Part shown: one piece after another, positions 19,143-27,938 of the stretch | How the letters are laid out: every line of letters starts with the position of its first letter | How positions within the stretch are numbered: the first letter of the stretch is position 1 | Origin: Patescibacteria group bacterium AH-259-L05 | Lineage (GTDB): Bacteria; Patescibacteriota; Patescibacteriia; UBA2591; UBA6264 | Assembly: GCA_027717985.1 (NCBI GenBank) | Contig: JALLOO010000004.1 | Span: forward strand, 1-62,586 | DNA length: 62,586 nucleotides | Reading direction: 5' to 3' | Position numbers and translations under genes: made by a program | Notes under the pieces: generated by a model | The model's input: the letters and a program-made list of their open reading frames with translations, nothing else | What the model was told of the DNA's origin: nothing | Databases searched by the model: none

Positions 19143-20054
19143 ATGAGTAATAAAAAGAAGAAAACCGCTGGCAAGCCTCAAGTCACGATATCTCCAAAGG
19201 ATTACAAGGGAAAGGTTAATCCAGATTGGTGTGTCGGATGTGGAGATTTTGGTGTCTTGAACGCCTTTCAAAAGGCGTGTTCAGAACTTGGACTCCCGTC
19301 CCATAAGATTCTAGTGGTTAGTGGTATCGGCTGTTCCTCAAATTTCCCTGGATTTTTCAACTCCTACGGTATGCATACACTTCATGGCCGTCCCCTCCCC
19401 GTGGCCACAGGCGCTAAACTTGCCAATCATGAACTGACCGTAATCGTTACTGCCGGTGACGGAGATGGTTATGGGATTGGTGGTAACCATTTTACACACA
19501 CTGCGCGTCGAAATATTGATCTCACCTACCTGGTCATGAACAACCAGATCTACGGACTCACCACCGGCCAGATATCTCCCACGAGTCGTATGGGAATGAA
19601 GACCAAGAGCACGCCATACGGAAGCGTGGAATTACCCGTTAACCCCCTTACGTTAGCTATCATGGGCGGAGCCACCTTTGTGGCTCGAGCCTACAGTAGT
19701 GAGGGCAGCTACTTCGTAAACCTTATAAAACAGGCAATTCAGCATAAAGGCTTTTCCTTTATTGATATATTCAGCCCTTGCGTCACCTATAATCACGAGA
19801 ATACTCATACATTCTTTAAGCAACGGATAAAGCACTTGGAAGACGAGGGTCACGACCCCACTGACTGGAAAACAGCATGCGAGAAGGCCATGATCTGGGG
19901 GGATGAAATCTATACCGGGCTCTTCTTACAAAACACAGAGAGACGGACACTTGAGCAATTGGAACCGATTCTTGACAAAGGAGGACCTCTTGCACATCGG
20001 TCACTCGGCCTTACTGAAGCGCAGTCTTCAAAAATCATTGAGAAGCTAATGTAG
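19143..20054 (+). CDS. korB: 2-oxoacid:ferredoxin oxidoreductase beta subunit
   Basis: WCVGCGD, SGIGCSS, LHGR, GDGD TPP motif, NNQIYGLTTGQ, SPCVTYN. Confidence 0.93.
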   Translation: MSNKKKKTAGKPQVTISPKDYKGKVNPDWCVGCGDFGVLNAFQKACSELGLPSHKILVVSGIGCSSNFPGFFNSYGMHTLHGRPLPVATGAKLANHELTVIVTAGDGDGYGIGGNHFTHTARRNIDLTYLVMNNQIYGLTTGQISPTSRMGMKTKSTPYGSVELPVNPLTLAIMGGATFVARAYSSEGSYFVNLIKQAIQHKGFSFIDIFSPCVTYNHENTHTFFKQRIKHLEDEGHDPTDWKTACEKAMIWGDEIYTGLFLQNTERRTLEQLEPILDKGGPLAHRSLGLTEAQSSKIIEKLM

Positions 20055-20123
20055 GGAGAGAGTAGGATTTAGAATAAACCCCGCTTCAGCTAAAACTGAT
20101 GGCGGGGTTTTCCTTTTTACTTG

Positions 20124-20166
20124 TCCACACAACCTCCTCTTGATTTTTTTCACTATGTGTGCTATA
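20124..20166 (+). repeat. 43-bp promoter module, copy 2
   Basis: Exact match to 19057-19099. Confidence 0.9.
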
Positions 20167-20235
20167 CTATATGTGCTCTTTGAAAACTGGCTCACCTCGT
20201 ATGAGGCGAACCACAAAATATAAGGAGGTTATGTC

Positions 20236-20550
20236 ATGACCTTTATTATCACTGAACCATGTATTGGCGTGTGTGATACTGCATGTGTGGATGTATGCCC
20301 GGTTGATTGTATTCATTTTGACGTGGACGAGAAAGATGCCGGACAAAAAATGAAAGAAATGAAAGCAGCAGATCCGAATGTGGACCTAGAAAAACTTCAG
20401 CTGTTTATTGATCCTGAAGAATGTATTGACTGCGCTGCATGTGAACCAGAGTGTCCGGTAGAAGCCATCTTTCCCGAAGATGAAGTCCCTGATGTATGGA
20501 AAGACTTTATTAAGATGAACTATGAGGCCTTTGGTCAAGAGGCCCCGTAA
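20236..20550 (+). CDS. Dicluster ferredoxin (FdxA-like)
   Basis: CIGVCDTACVDVCPVDC and CIDCAACEPECP. Confidence 0.93.
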   Translation: MTFIITEPCIGVCDTACVDVCPVDCIHFDVDEKDAGQKMKEMKAADPNVDLEKLQLFIDPEECIDCAACEPECPVEAIFPEDEVPDVWKDFIKMNYEAFGQEAP

Positions 20551-20897
20551 TGGTAAAAAAGAAAGCTCATTCACACTATAAGGATGTGCCTGAATGCGTT
20601 GATAAAATTGGTACCAAGAAAAAAAGACCACGGCTTATGGCAGTGGTTGACGAAGATAGCTGCACCGGATGTCAGGTATGTATTCCATTTTGTCCTGTTG
20701 ACTGTATTGAAACGGTCCCGTATGAAAAGTACGATATCCCTATCCCGCCGGTTCAAATCAGATTTGATGAATGTATTGGATGTCAAATCTGCGCACGGGT
20801 ATGCACTAAGCTTACCTGGGACGCCATTCGGATGATTCCCACAGACGAATTTGAACAAACCTATGGTATTAAAATATCTGATAAAGGCCCGCAATAA
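20550..20897 (+). CDS. 2x[4Fe-4S] ferredoxin-like protein
   Basis: CTGCQVCIPFCP and CIGCQICARVC; TAATG coupling to the upstream ferredoxin. Confidence 0.9.
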   Translation: MVKKKAHSHYKDVPECVDKIGTKKKRPRLMAVVDEDSCTGCQVCIPFCPVDCIETVPYEKYDIPIPPVQIRFDECIGCQICARVCTKLTWDAIRMIPTDEFEQTYGIKISDKGPQ

Positions 20898-20987
20898 AAT
20901 AAAACTATTGTGAGGCCTTTTCTTTTTTTAATACTGTGCTATACTGTGTATAGATTCTTTGAAAACAAATATGAAAGGAGATAACAA

Positions 20988-21521
20988 ATGGCAAAAGATG
21001 GATCTGGTAATATAATTGTTGCGCCTCTCAATAAACTTCTGAATTGGGCTCGCTCAACCTCGCCCTGGTATTTCCAGTTCGGTTTAGCGTGCTGTGCGAT
21101 TGAGATGATGGCAACGGCTGCCTCCCGACACGATTTAGAACGTATTGGTATGATGCCTCGCTCCTCGCCCCGCCAGGCAGATGTTATGATTGTTGCCGGA
21201 ACGGTTACCATGAAAATGGCGCTTCGAATAAAACGGCTGTACGAACAAATGGCAGAGCCAAAATATGTGGTCTCTATGGGGAGCTGCGCTACCAGCGGCG
21301 GCCCGTACTGGCAGTATGGGTATCATGTGCTCAAGGGTGTTGATTTGGTAATTCCCGTTGATGTGTATGTTCCTGGTTGTCCACCACGGCCTGAACAGCT
21401 TATTGAAGGTCTTCTGCGGTTGCAGGAAAAAATTCAAAAAGAACGACCAGTTCAGGAAATAATTGTGCCCAACATCAAGGAAATACTCAAGAAAAAGAAA
21501 AACAAGGAGAAAAAAAAATGA
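20988..21521 (+). CDS. nuoB: NADH-quinone oxidoreductase subunit B
   Basis: [35 protein letters not shown] (N2 cluster ligands). Confidence 0.95.
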   Translation: MAKDGSGNIIVAPLNKLLNWARSTSPWYFQFGLACCAIEMMATAASRHDLERIGMMPRSSPRQADVMIVAGTVTMKMALRIKRLYEQMAEPKYVVSMGSCATSGGPYWQYGYHVLKGVDLVIPVDVYVPGCPPRPEQLIEGLLRLQEKIQKERPVQEIIVPNIKEILKKKKNKEKKK

Positions 21522-22090
21522 ATGGGGTAAAACAATATTTTACAAATATCTGGCAAGCGATAACCACCCTCTCTGCAGGTATGCGCGTTACTATGAGGCA
21601 TTTACTCCATGCTCGCAAAGGAATTGTCACTCTTCAATATCCTGAAGAACGCTGGCCTCGACCTGAAAGAAATATTGGATTCCCAGAACAAGACTATAAT
21701 GTGATTCGCTCACGTCTGCATGTTGATATGGATGACTGTATTGGATGCTTAAAATGTGAGCGGGTATGTCCAGTTGATTGCATCAAAATTGAAACCGTTA
21801 AAGTTGATAAAGGTGTTGATATTCCTGATGCTGGCCATACGGGTATCACCTCACACGGAACACAGAAACGACTGCTCGTTACCCGATTTGATATTGATAT
21901 GACCGAATGCTGCTACTGTAATCTCTGTGTATATCCTTGTCCGGAAGAGTGTATTTATATGGTGGGCGGCCCGAATGCTGACAAATATCCTCTAGATTAT
22001 GAATTTTCAGAATACGATAGGGCTGACATGATCTACCGATTTGCAAAACCAGAAACTAAACCATGGGCAAAAGAGAATCTGCCTGAATAA
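21518..22090 (+). CDS. nuoI: NADH-quinone oxidoreductase subunit I
   Basis: [38 protein letters not shown]. Confidence 0.9.
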   Translation: MNGVKQYFTNIWQAITTLSAGMRVTMRHLLHARKGIVTLQYPEERWPRPERNIGFPEQDYNVIRSRLHVDMDDCIGCLKCERVCPVDCIKIETVKVDKGVDIPDAGHTGITSHGTQKRLLVTRFDIDMTECCYCNLCVYPCPEECIYMVGGPNADKYPLDYEFSEYDRADMIYRFAKPETKPWAKENLPE

Positions 22091-22092
22091 TA

Positions 22093-22124
22093 AAAACCCT
22101 GTATCAAACCGATATCAGGGTTTT
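22093..22124 (+). terminator. Intrinsic terminator, same family as 24113-24148 and about 18382-18413
   Basis: AAAACCCTG-TATCAAACCGATAT-CAGGGTTTT. Confidence 0.75.
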
Positions 22125-22189
22125 CTTTTTTTTATACTATGGTATACTAAACCTGTTCTTTTGAAATCTAAGAATGGAGGGGAAAATCT

Positions 22190-22549
22190 ATGACAAAAAC
22201 GAAAGAAAAAACTCAAGAACCAATCCTTGAAGGAGTTACCCTAACTGAACAAGCTGCCCAACAGATTAAGAAGGTAAAAAAAGAAGATGAGGGAGAATAC
22301 CTTCGCGCATCAGTAACTGGGGGTGGATGTTCTGGCCTAAACTATCAACTTACCTGGGATAGTACGCTCAACGAATTTGATAAACAATTCGAAAGTCACG
22401 GCATTACCATTGTCGTGGATCTGAAATCTCTGCTCTACCTCAAAGGCATGGAAATTGATTACTCCACTGATATGCTCTCGGGAGGATTTCAATTCAGAAA
22501 TCCTAATGCCACAAGAACATGCGGTTGCGGAACATCATTTTCCGTATAA
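22190..22549 (+). CDS. iscA: A-type Fe-S carrier (IscA/SufA/ErpA, HesB family)
   Basis: GGGCSG, NPNA-x-TCGCGTSF. Confidence 0.93.
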   Translation: MTKTKEKTQEPILEGVTLTEQAAQQIKKVKKEDEGEYLRASVTGGGCSGLNYQLTWDSTLNEFDKQFESHGITIVVDLKSLLYLKGMEIDYSTDMLSGGFQFRNPNATRTCGCGTSFSV

Positions 22550-22654
22550 AAATAGAAAGAAAAGTCCCTTACAATCAGGGGCTTTCTTTTTTTATATAGT
22601 ATGCTATACTATTATATATGTTCTTTAGAATCTATAATATAAGGAGATACACTC

Positions 22655-24106
22655 ATGCGTACCACGAAAAAACAAGCACAAGCGTTAGCAGAAGAACAAG
22701 AACAATACAAATATGGATTTGTTACTGATATTGAAGAAGAAAGCATTCCTGCCGGACTTAATGAAGATATTATTCGACTGATCTCTCTAAAAAAGAACGA
22801 GCCTGAGTTTATGTTACAATGGCGGCTCAAGGCCTATCAAAGGTGGTTGAAAATGAAAGAACCAACATGGGCAAACGTCAAATACCCCAAAATTGACTAT
22901 CAACGTATTGTCTACTACGCTGCGCCAAAGCAGCAAAAACAACTCCAAAACCTTGACGAAGTTGACCCAGAACTCCTGAAAACCTATGAAAAACTCGGTA
23001 TTCCCTTAGAAGAACGAAAACGACTTTCTGGTGTAGCGGTGGATGCAATTTTTGACAGTGTCTCGGTCGCCACAACGTTTAAACAAGAACTTGAAAAACA
23101 CGGTGTTATTTTTTGCGCTTTTTCTGAGGCAGTTGAAAAACATCCTGATTTGATTAAACAATACCTTGGTTCAGTCGTCCCGTATAATGACAACTTTTTT
23201 GCAACACTTAACTCAGCAGTATTTAGTGATGGATCATTTTGTTACATTCCTAAAGGGGTACGCTGTCCTATGGAGCTCTCAACATATTTCCGTATGAATG
23301 CAGCAATGGCTGGTCAGTTTGAACGAACCCTTATTATTGCTGAAGAAGATAGTTATGTAAGCTATTTAGAAGGATGCTCAGCGCCGATGCGAGATGAAAA
23401 TCAGCTCCACGCTGCGGTGGTTGAATTAATTGCACTCAAAAATGCTGAAATCAAATACTCGACCATTCAAAACTGGTATCCCGGCGATAAGAAAGGAAAA
23501 GGAGGCATTTATAACTTTGTTACCAAGCGCGGTATCTGTCGAGGCGACAATGCTAAAATTTCTTGGACACAAGTTGAAACCGGATCTGCGATTACCTGGA
23601 AATATCCAAGCGTGATTCTCAAAGGGAACAATACCACGGGAGAATTTTTTTCAGTCGCACTTACCAATAACTATCAGCAAGCAGATACCGGAACCAAGAT
23701 GATACATATTGGAAAAAATACTAAAAGCACGATCATTTCCAAAGGCATCTCAGCCGGTCATGGACAAAACACCTACCGCGGCAAAGTACAAATCATGAAA
23801 GGTGCACATAACGCACGTAATTACTCTCAGTGTGATTCAATTCTTATCGGCGACAAGTGTGGTGCACACACTTTCCCCTATATTGATGTTCGAAATCCAA
23901 CCGCGCAAATGGAACATGAAGCATCAACTTCAAATATTGGTGATGATCAACTATTCTACTGTGCGCAACGCGGCATTAGTACTGAAGATGCAGTTAACAT
24001 GATTGTCAATGGATTTTCTAAAGAAGTATTTCGCGAATTACCTATGGAATTTGCAGTCGAAGCCCAACGGCTTCTTGAAGTGAGTATGGAAGGGAGTATT
24101 GGATAA
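22655..24106 (+). CDS. sufB: Fe-S cluster assembly scaffold SufB
   Basis: [52 protein letters not shown]. Confidence 0.97.
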   Translation: MRTTKKQAQALAEEQEQYKYGFVTDIEEESIPAGLNEDIIRLISLKKNEPEFMLQWRLKAYQRWLKMKEPTWANVKYPKIDYQRIVYYAAPKQQKQLQNLDEVDPELLKTYEKLGIPLEERKRLSGVAVDAIFDSVSVATTFKQELEKHGVIFCAFSEAVEKHPDLIKQYLGSVVPYNDNFFATLNSAVFSDGSFCYIPKGVRCPMELSTYFRMNAAMAGQFERTLIIAEEDSYVSYLEGCSAPMRDENQLHAAVVELIALKNAEIKYSTIQNWYPGDKKGKGGIYNFVTKRGICRGDNAKISWTQVETGSAITWKYPSVILKGNNTTGEFFSVALTNNYQQADTGTKMIHIGKNTKSTIISKGISAGHGQNTYRGKVQIMKGAHNARNYSQCDSILIGDKCGAHTFPYIDVRNPTAQMEHEASTSNIGDDQLFYCAQRGISTEDAVNMIVNGFSKEVFRELPMEFAVEAQRLLEVSMEGSIG

Positions 24107-24112
24107 AAAAAT

Positions 24113-24148
24113 AAAAAACCCTGAATCAAAATGATATCAGGGTTTTTT
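24113..24148. terminator. Bidirectional terminator closing the Fe-S array
   Basis: AAAAAACCCTG-AATCAAAATGATAT-CAGGGTTTTTT. Confidence 0.8.
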
Positions 24149-24155
24149 GAAAAAA

Positions 24156-24542
24156 CTATTTAAAAAAATATTCGACCCACAACTTAATATTAGAATTCTT
24201 TTTACCAAAATAATTATTATTTACACCAGAGCTTTCCCGCTCGTCGTCATCTTCAAGTATGACAACGACCTCCTCACCTGGCTTTGATAGACCAAACTTA
24301 AGCCGGGCTTGTTTTTCCTTGTAGTATTCAGTCTTTCTTTTTAACAGCTCGTCAATTAACTCTTGGTTCTCTGCCTCAAGTGTTTGAATTCGTACTTCTT
24401 TTCGTACTAATTCTTTTTTCAAAGACAAACGGTACGTAATTTCACGGCCCAATGAAACAAGACCAAAAATCAAAAGCAAAATTAATACATATGAAAATGT
24501 TTTTGAAGAAATAACTCGCTTTAAAAATGATGATTTTGTCAT
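24156..24542 (-). CDS. Septum formation initiator (FtsB/DivIC family)
   Basis: One TM helix, coiled coil, EKQARLKFGLSKPGE motif. Confidence 0.8.
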   Translation of the reverse strand: MTKSSFLKRVISSKTFSYVLILLLIFGLVSLGREITYRLSLKKELVRKEVRIQTLEAENQELIDELLKRKTEYYKEKQARLKFGLSKPGEEVVVILEDDDERESSGVNNNYFGKKNSNIKLWVEYFFK

Positions 24543-24620
24543 ATTATTTTCAAGTGAGTGAGTGAAATGCAAAAATTTGTATTTTTGCATTTCCGAACGA
24601 ACGCAGGAAACAAGGTTCCC

Positions 24621-26435
24621 TTATTTTTTTATAATTTCCCAATATGCCTCAGGAGGAATATTAACCTTGCCTAATTTTACTAATTTTTTCTTTCCTTTTT
24701 TTTGCTTTGCTAATAATTTCTTTTTCCGGGTTACATCACCACCGTAGAGCTTTGCCGTTACATCCTTGCGCAATGGCGGAATTCTTTCTGATGCTAAAAT
24801 CCTTCCTCCTATTGCTGCTTGAATCTTAACCTCAAACAACTGCCGCGGTAAAATCTGTTTTAATTTTTTAACAACGTTTCGCCCCTCTCTATACGCCTCA
24901 TCTTTATATACCATACTCGACAGCTGATCAACCGGCTCTCCTGCTACTAAAATATCACGCTTAACGACGTCAGCTGATCTATATTCTAAAAACTGATAAC
25001 TATATGAAGCATATCCCTGGCTCACGCTTTTTAGCTCATCATAAAAACCAGTCAAAAGCAAAAATAAGGGCATATGATAATGAAGGAGCGCTCGCTGATA
25101 TAAATCTTTATCTGCTCCGCCAATATATTCTAAAGATATAAATTTAACTCGCTTCTCTTTTTGCCCGCCAATATTTGAGAGCCAATCCATAATTGAACCA
25201 ATATATGCTTTTGGTGTAATAATATCTATCTTCATCCATGGCTCTTCAATATATGAGATAGTGCTTGGGTCAGGAAGCTCAAGCGGAGAATGAACAACCT
25301 CATACTCATCATCCCCTTTTTTAAACACATGATATGCAACGCTGGGGGTTGATATAATGATTTCAAGATCATACTCTCGTTTGAGCCGTTCGCGCACAAT
25401 ATCCATATGCAGTAACCCTAAAAACCCGGCACGAAACCCAAAACCAAGTGCAGGAGAATGCATAGCCTCATATATCAAACTCGCATCATTTAACTTAAGC
25501 CTTGCCAAACCTTGGCGCAGATTTCCTTTATCAGTTCCTGCTTTTGGATAAAGGCCGGCAAATACTACTTGCTGCGGTGTGACATATCCTGCTAATGGTT
25601 TAATTGACTGATTGTTATGTGCAATCGTATCGCCAACCCGGCATTTTTCAATATCTTTTAATCCCGTGATAATATAGCCTATCTCTCCTGCTTCTAAGAC
25701 ATCTTTCTTTTTCAGATCCGGTGAAAAAATACCAACTTCTTGAACCTCAGAAAATGCATTGCTTGCTAAAAAGGTAATGTTTTCTTCTGATCTCACGTTG
25801 CCATCAAATATGCGTACATACGCAATCACGCCTTTGTATTCATCAAAGTATGAATCAAAAATAAGAGCCCGAAATGGGCTTTTTATATTATCTGGAGGCG
25901 GCGGAACCTTATCAACAATAGTTGCTAAAACGTCCTCAACTCCAGTCCCCTCTTTTGCTGAAATACAGATAATTTCTTTCTCACGTATTTTTAAAAGATT
26001 CGCAAGCTCTTTTTTTCTCTCATCAATATCAATATTTTCTAAATCAATCTTATTAATCACCGGAATAATAACTAAATTCTGTTTTTGTGCTAAATATAAA
26101 TTCGCCAAGGTTTGTGCCTGAATCCCTTGGCTTGCATCAACTAATAAAATGGCACCCTCGACTGCTGCTAATGAGCGCGAAACTTCATAGGAAAAATCAA
26201 CATGACCAGGAGTATCGATCAGGTTCAGAACATAATCCTTCCACATCATAGTGGCTGGTTGAAGCTTAATCGTAATCCCTCGCTCTCGCTCAAGCGGCAT
26301 TCTATCAAGATATTGCGGCTCCATTTTTTCTTTAGGGACAGTTTTGGTTAATTCTAAAAACCTATCAGCTAAAGTTGATTTTCCATGGTCCACGTGAGAA
26401 ATAATACAGAAATTTCGAATGCTTGAACTCGCCAT
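24621..26435 (-). CDS. lepA: Translation elongation factor 4
   Basis: HVDHGKST, ERERGITIK, DTPGH, GFLGLLH, DVTAKLYGGDVTRK. Confidence 0.98.
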   Translation of the reverse strand: MASSSIRNFCIISHVDHGKSTLADRFLELTKTVPKEKMEPQYLDRMPLERERGITIKLQPATMMWKDYVLNLIDTPGHVDFSYEVSRSLAAVEGAILLVDASQGIQAQTLANLYLAQKQNLVIIPVINKIDLENIDIDERKKELANLLKIREKEIICISAKEGTGVEDVLATIVDKVPPPPDNIKSPFRALIFDSYFDEYKGVIAYVRIFDGNVRSEENITFLASNAFSEVQEVGIFSPDLKKKDVLEAGEIGYIITGLKDIEKCRVGDTIAHNNQSIKPLAGYVTPQQVVFAGLYPKAGTDKGNLRQGLARLKLNDASLIYEAMHSPALGFGFRAGFLGLLHMDIVRERLKREYDLEIIISTPSVAYHVFKKGDDEYEVVHSPLELPDPSTISYIEEPWMKIDIITPKAYIGSIMDWLSNIGGQKEKRVKFISLEYIGGADKDLYQRALLHYHMPLFLLLTGFYDELKSVSQGYASYSYQFLEYRSADVVKRDILVAGEPVDQLSSMVYKDEAYREGRNVVKKLKQILPRQLFEVKIQAAIGGRILASERIPPLRKDVTAKLYGGDVTRKKKLLAKQKKGKKKLVKLGKVNIPPEAYWEIIKK

Positions 26436-26512
26436 ACCTCAATAGTATGAGATTTAGGAGACGATGTCAATAAATATAAAAGACGCCCATGCTTATTATT
26501 TGCTTGGACGTC

Positions 26513-26977
26513 CTAATCATCTTGAAGCTCCTGTCGTATTTTGTACAACATCCGTATGAATTTACGAGCTGGCAGTGAAGTATGTGGTGATTCAGGATGG
26601 CCAAGATTATGCGTCAATGTTGCATCTCTGGTTGAAACAAGTGCTTTTCGGGCTCGATTACTTTGTGTAAACTTAGCCCTCAATGCTCTTTCAATCAGTG
26701 CAAAATGCTCTGGCGAACGAAAACCGAATTCCTGGCCCTGCCACCAAACCTTTTGTTTATGACGAATCCGCCTGTTAGCTTTCTTTCCCTTGAATTTTGC
26801 TGCTCTGCCAACAAGGCTGCAAACATGTGTTTGCATCTCAGGATTTGGAAACTTCAAAGCCTGAATAAAACCTTCAGCAGAAGCGCACTCAACTCCGTCA
26901 ATCACAAATGGAGTCGCAGCAAAATTCGAAAGAACATTAGCCGCCCATCCACCTTTGCTTCCAATATTAATTGCCAT
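26513..26977 (-). CDS. NADAR family protein (YbiA / T4 gp30.3-like)
   Basis: LSNF-x3-PF-x-IDGVECASAEGFIQALKF, RAKFTQ, LTH. Confidence 0.7.
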   Translation of the reverse strand: MAINIGSKGGWAANVLSNFAATPFVIDGVECASAEGFIQALKFPNPEMQTHVCSLVGRAAKFKGKKANRRIRHKQKVWWQGQEFGFRSPEHFALIERALRAKFTQSNRARKALVSTRDATLTHNLGHPESPHTSLPARKFIRMLYKIRQELQDD

Positions 26978-27147
26978 TTCAGGGCCTCCCTTTGTTTATT
27001 GTTATTTATATTATAACACAAAAATCTAAAAATGTCAAGAGCAATGTTGGGGATAAATCAAAATACCTTGACATTTATGAATAATAATGGTAGAATTATA
27101 TTATAGTAGTTCGTTTCACTATATAAACTGTATAAATGGAGGGAAAC

Positions 27148-27633
27148 ATGAAAAGAAAACCATGGCCGAATACTGAATACAAAGAAGTTTCAGACAAGTA
27201 CGCTCCGGCAATTCTAGCACTATATGAAGGGCATCCATTTCAGCCCCTTATACGGAAGAGAATCTTTACCACATACGCGGTCATTAAACCATTCAATGTT
27301 CGCAGAACAATAGCGCAAGATGAATATATAAATATGCTCAAAGGACTTTCGGCAAAAGAGCTGCCAAAAATACTTGCACAATGTGAGGATAAACAAGAAG
27401 CCCGGACTGTACTCCATTTTGCTACCACGATTGCGCTTCATACCGGATCCGAGCAAGCCGCTGTTTATGCAGCAAAAGTTGGACTTGCCTATCGAACTAA
27501 CGATAAACAGACAGAATTAACTGAGATCTTTTCTGATCTTACCAGCTGGGCTAAAGAAAATCCTGACAAGCGAATAGCTGCAGGTAATGTTATCTCGGCA
27601 GCCAAACAGTATCTCTCTAGCCTAAGTCAATAA
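27148..27633 (+). CDS. Hypothetical helical protein
   Basis: Own TTGACA-N17-TAGAAT promoter and SD GGAGGG before ATG 27148. Confidence 0.65.
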   Translation: MKRKPWPNTEYKEVSDKYAPAILALYEGHPFQPLIRKRIFTTYAVIKPFNVRRTIAQDEYINMLKGLSAKELPKILAQCEDKQEARTVLHFATTIALHTGSEQAAVYAAKVGLAYRTNDKQTELTEIFSDLTSWAKENPDKRIAAGNVISAAKQYLSSLSQ

Positions 27634-27638
27634 ATAGA

Positions 27639-27764
27639 GTAGGAGGAGGGCTTCGCCGCTCCTCCGTACTATATAAATGGTTCGCTCGGTCGAGATAAAA
27701 GCAAGCTTTCATTTCTCCCTCGCTGCCATTTATGAAACAAATCCCGCGATACATGCGGGATTTT
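27639..27764. repeat. Cluster of intergenic hairpins (REP-like) plus terminator
   Basis: GGAGGAG...CTCCTCC, ATAAATGG...CCATTTAT, AAATCCCGC...GCGGGATTT. Confidence 0.55.
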
Positions 27765-27938
27765 CTGGTTCAAAATAACATCTGCATAAAGCTAGACTAT
27801 GTTCTTTCATGCCTACTTCCTTGTTTTTTTGGTTATCAACCGCTTAACCTTGCCCTTGGTATCTATCACCAGTAATCCTCGTAAAACAGCCTCTTTTACC
27901 TCCTCTTTTCTTGCAAAAGGCGACTTTAAAAACTTTTG

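Noticed and set aside
7192-21521. Lys/Arg-rich C-terminal tails on the FadN-type protein, IspG, IspH and NuoB as secretion signals
   Set aside because: Housekeeping proteins (HPF, MurJ) have similar tails and A-rich sequence produces them readily; cannot be separated from composition
24559-24588. Palindrome GAAATGCAAAAAT-TTGT-ATTTTTGCATTTC between lepA and the FtsB-like gene as a regulatory RNA
   Set aside because: Single hairpin of REP/terminator type; it does make the upstream 24590 start of the FtsB-like ORF unlikely
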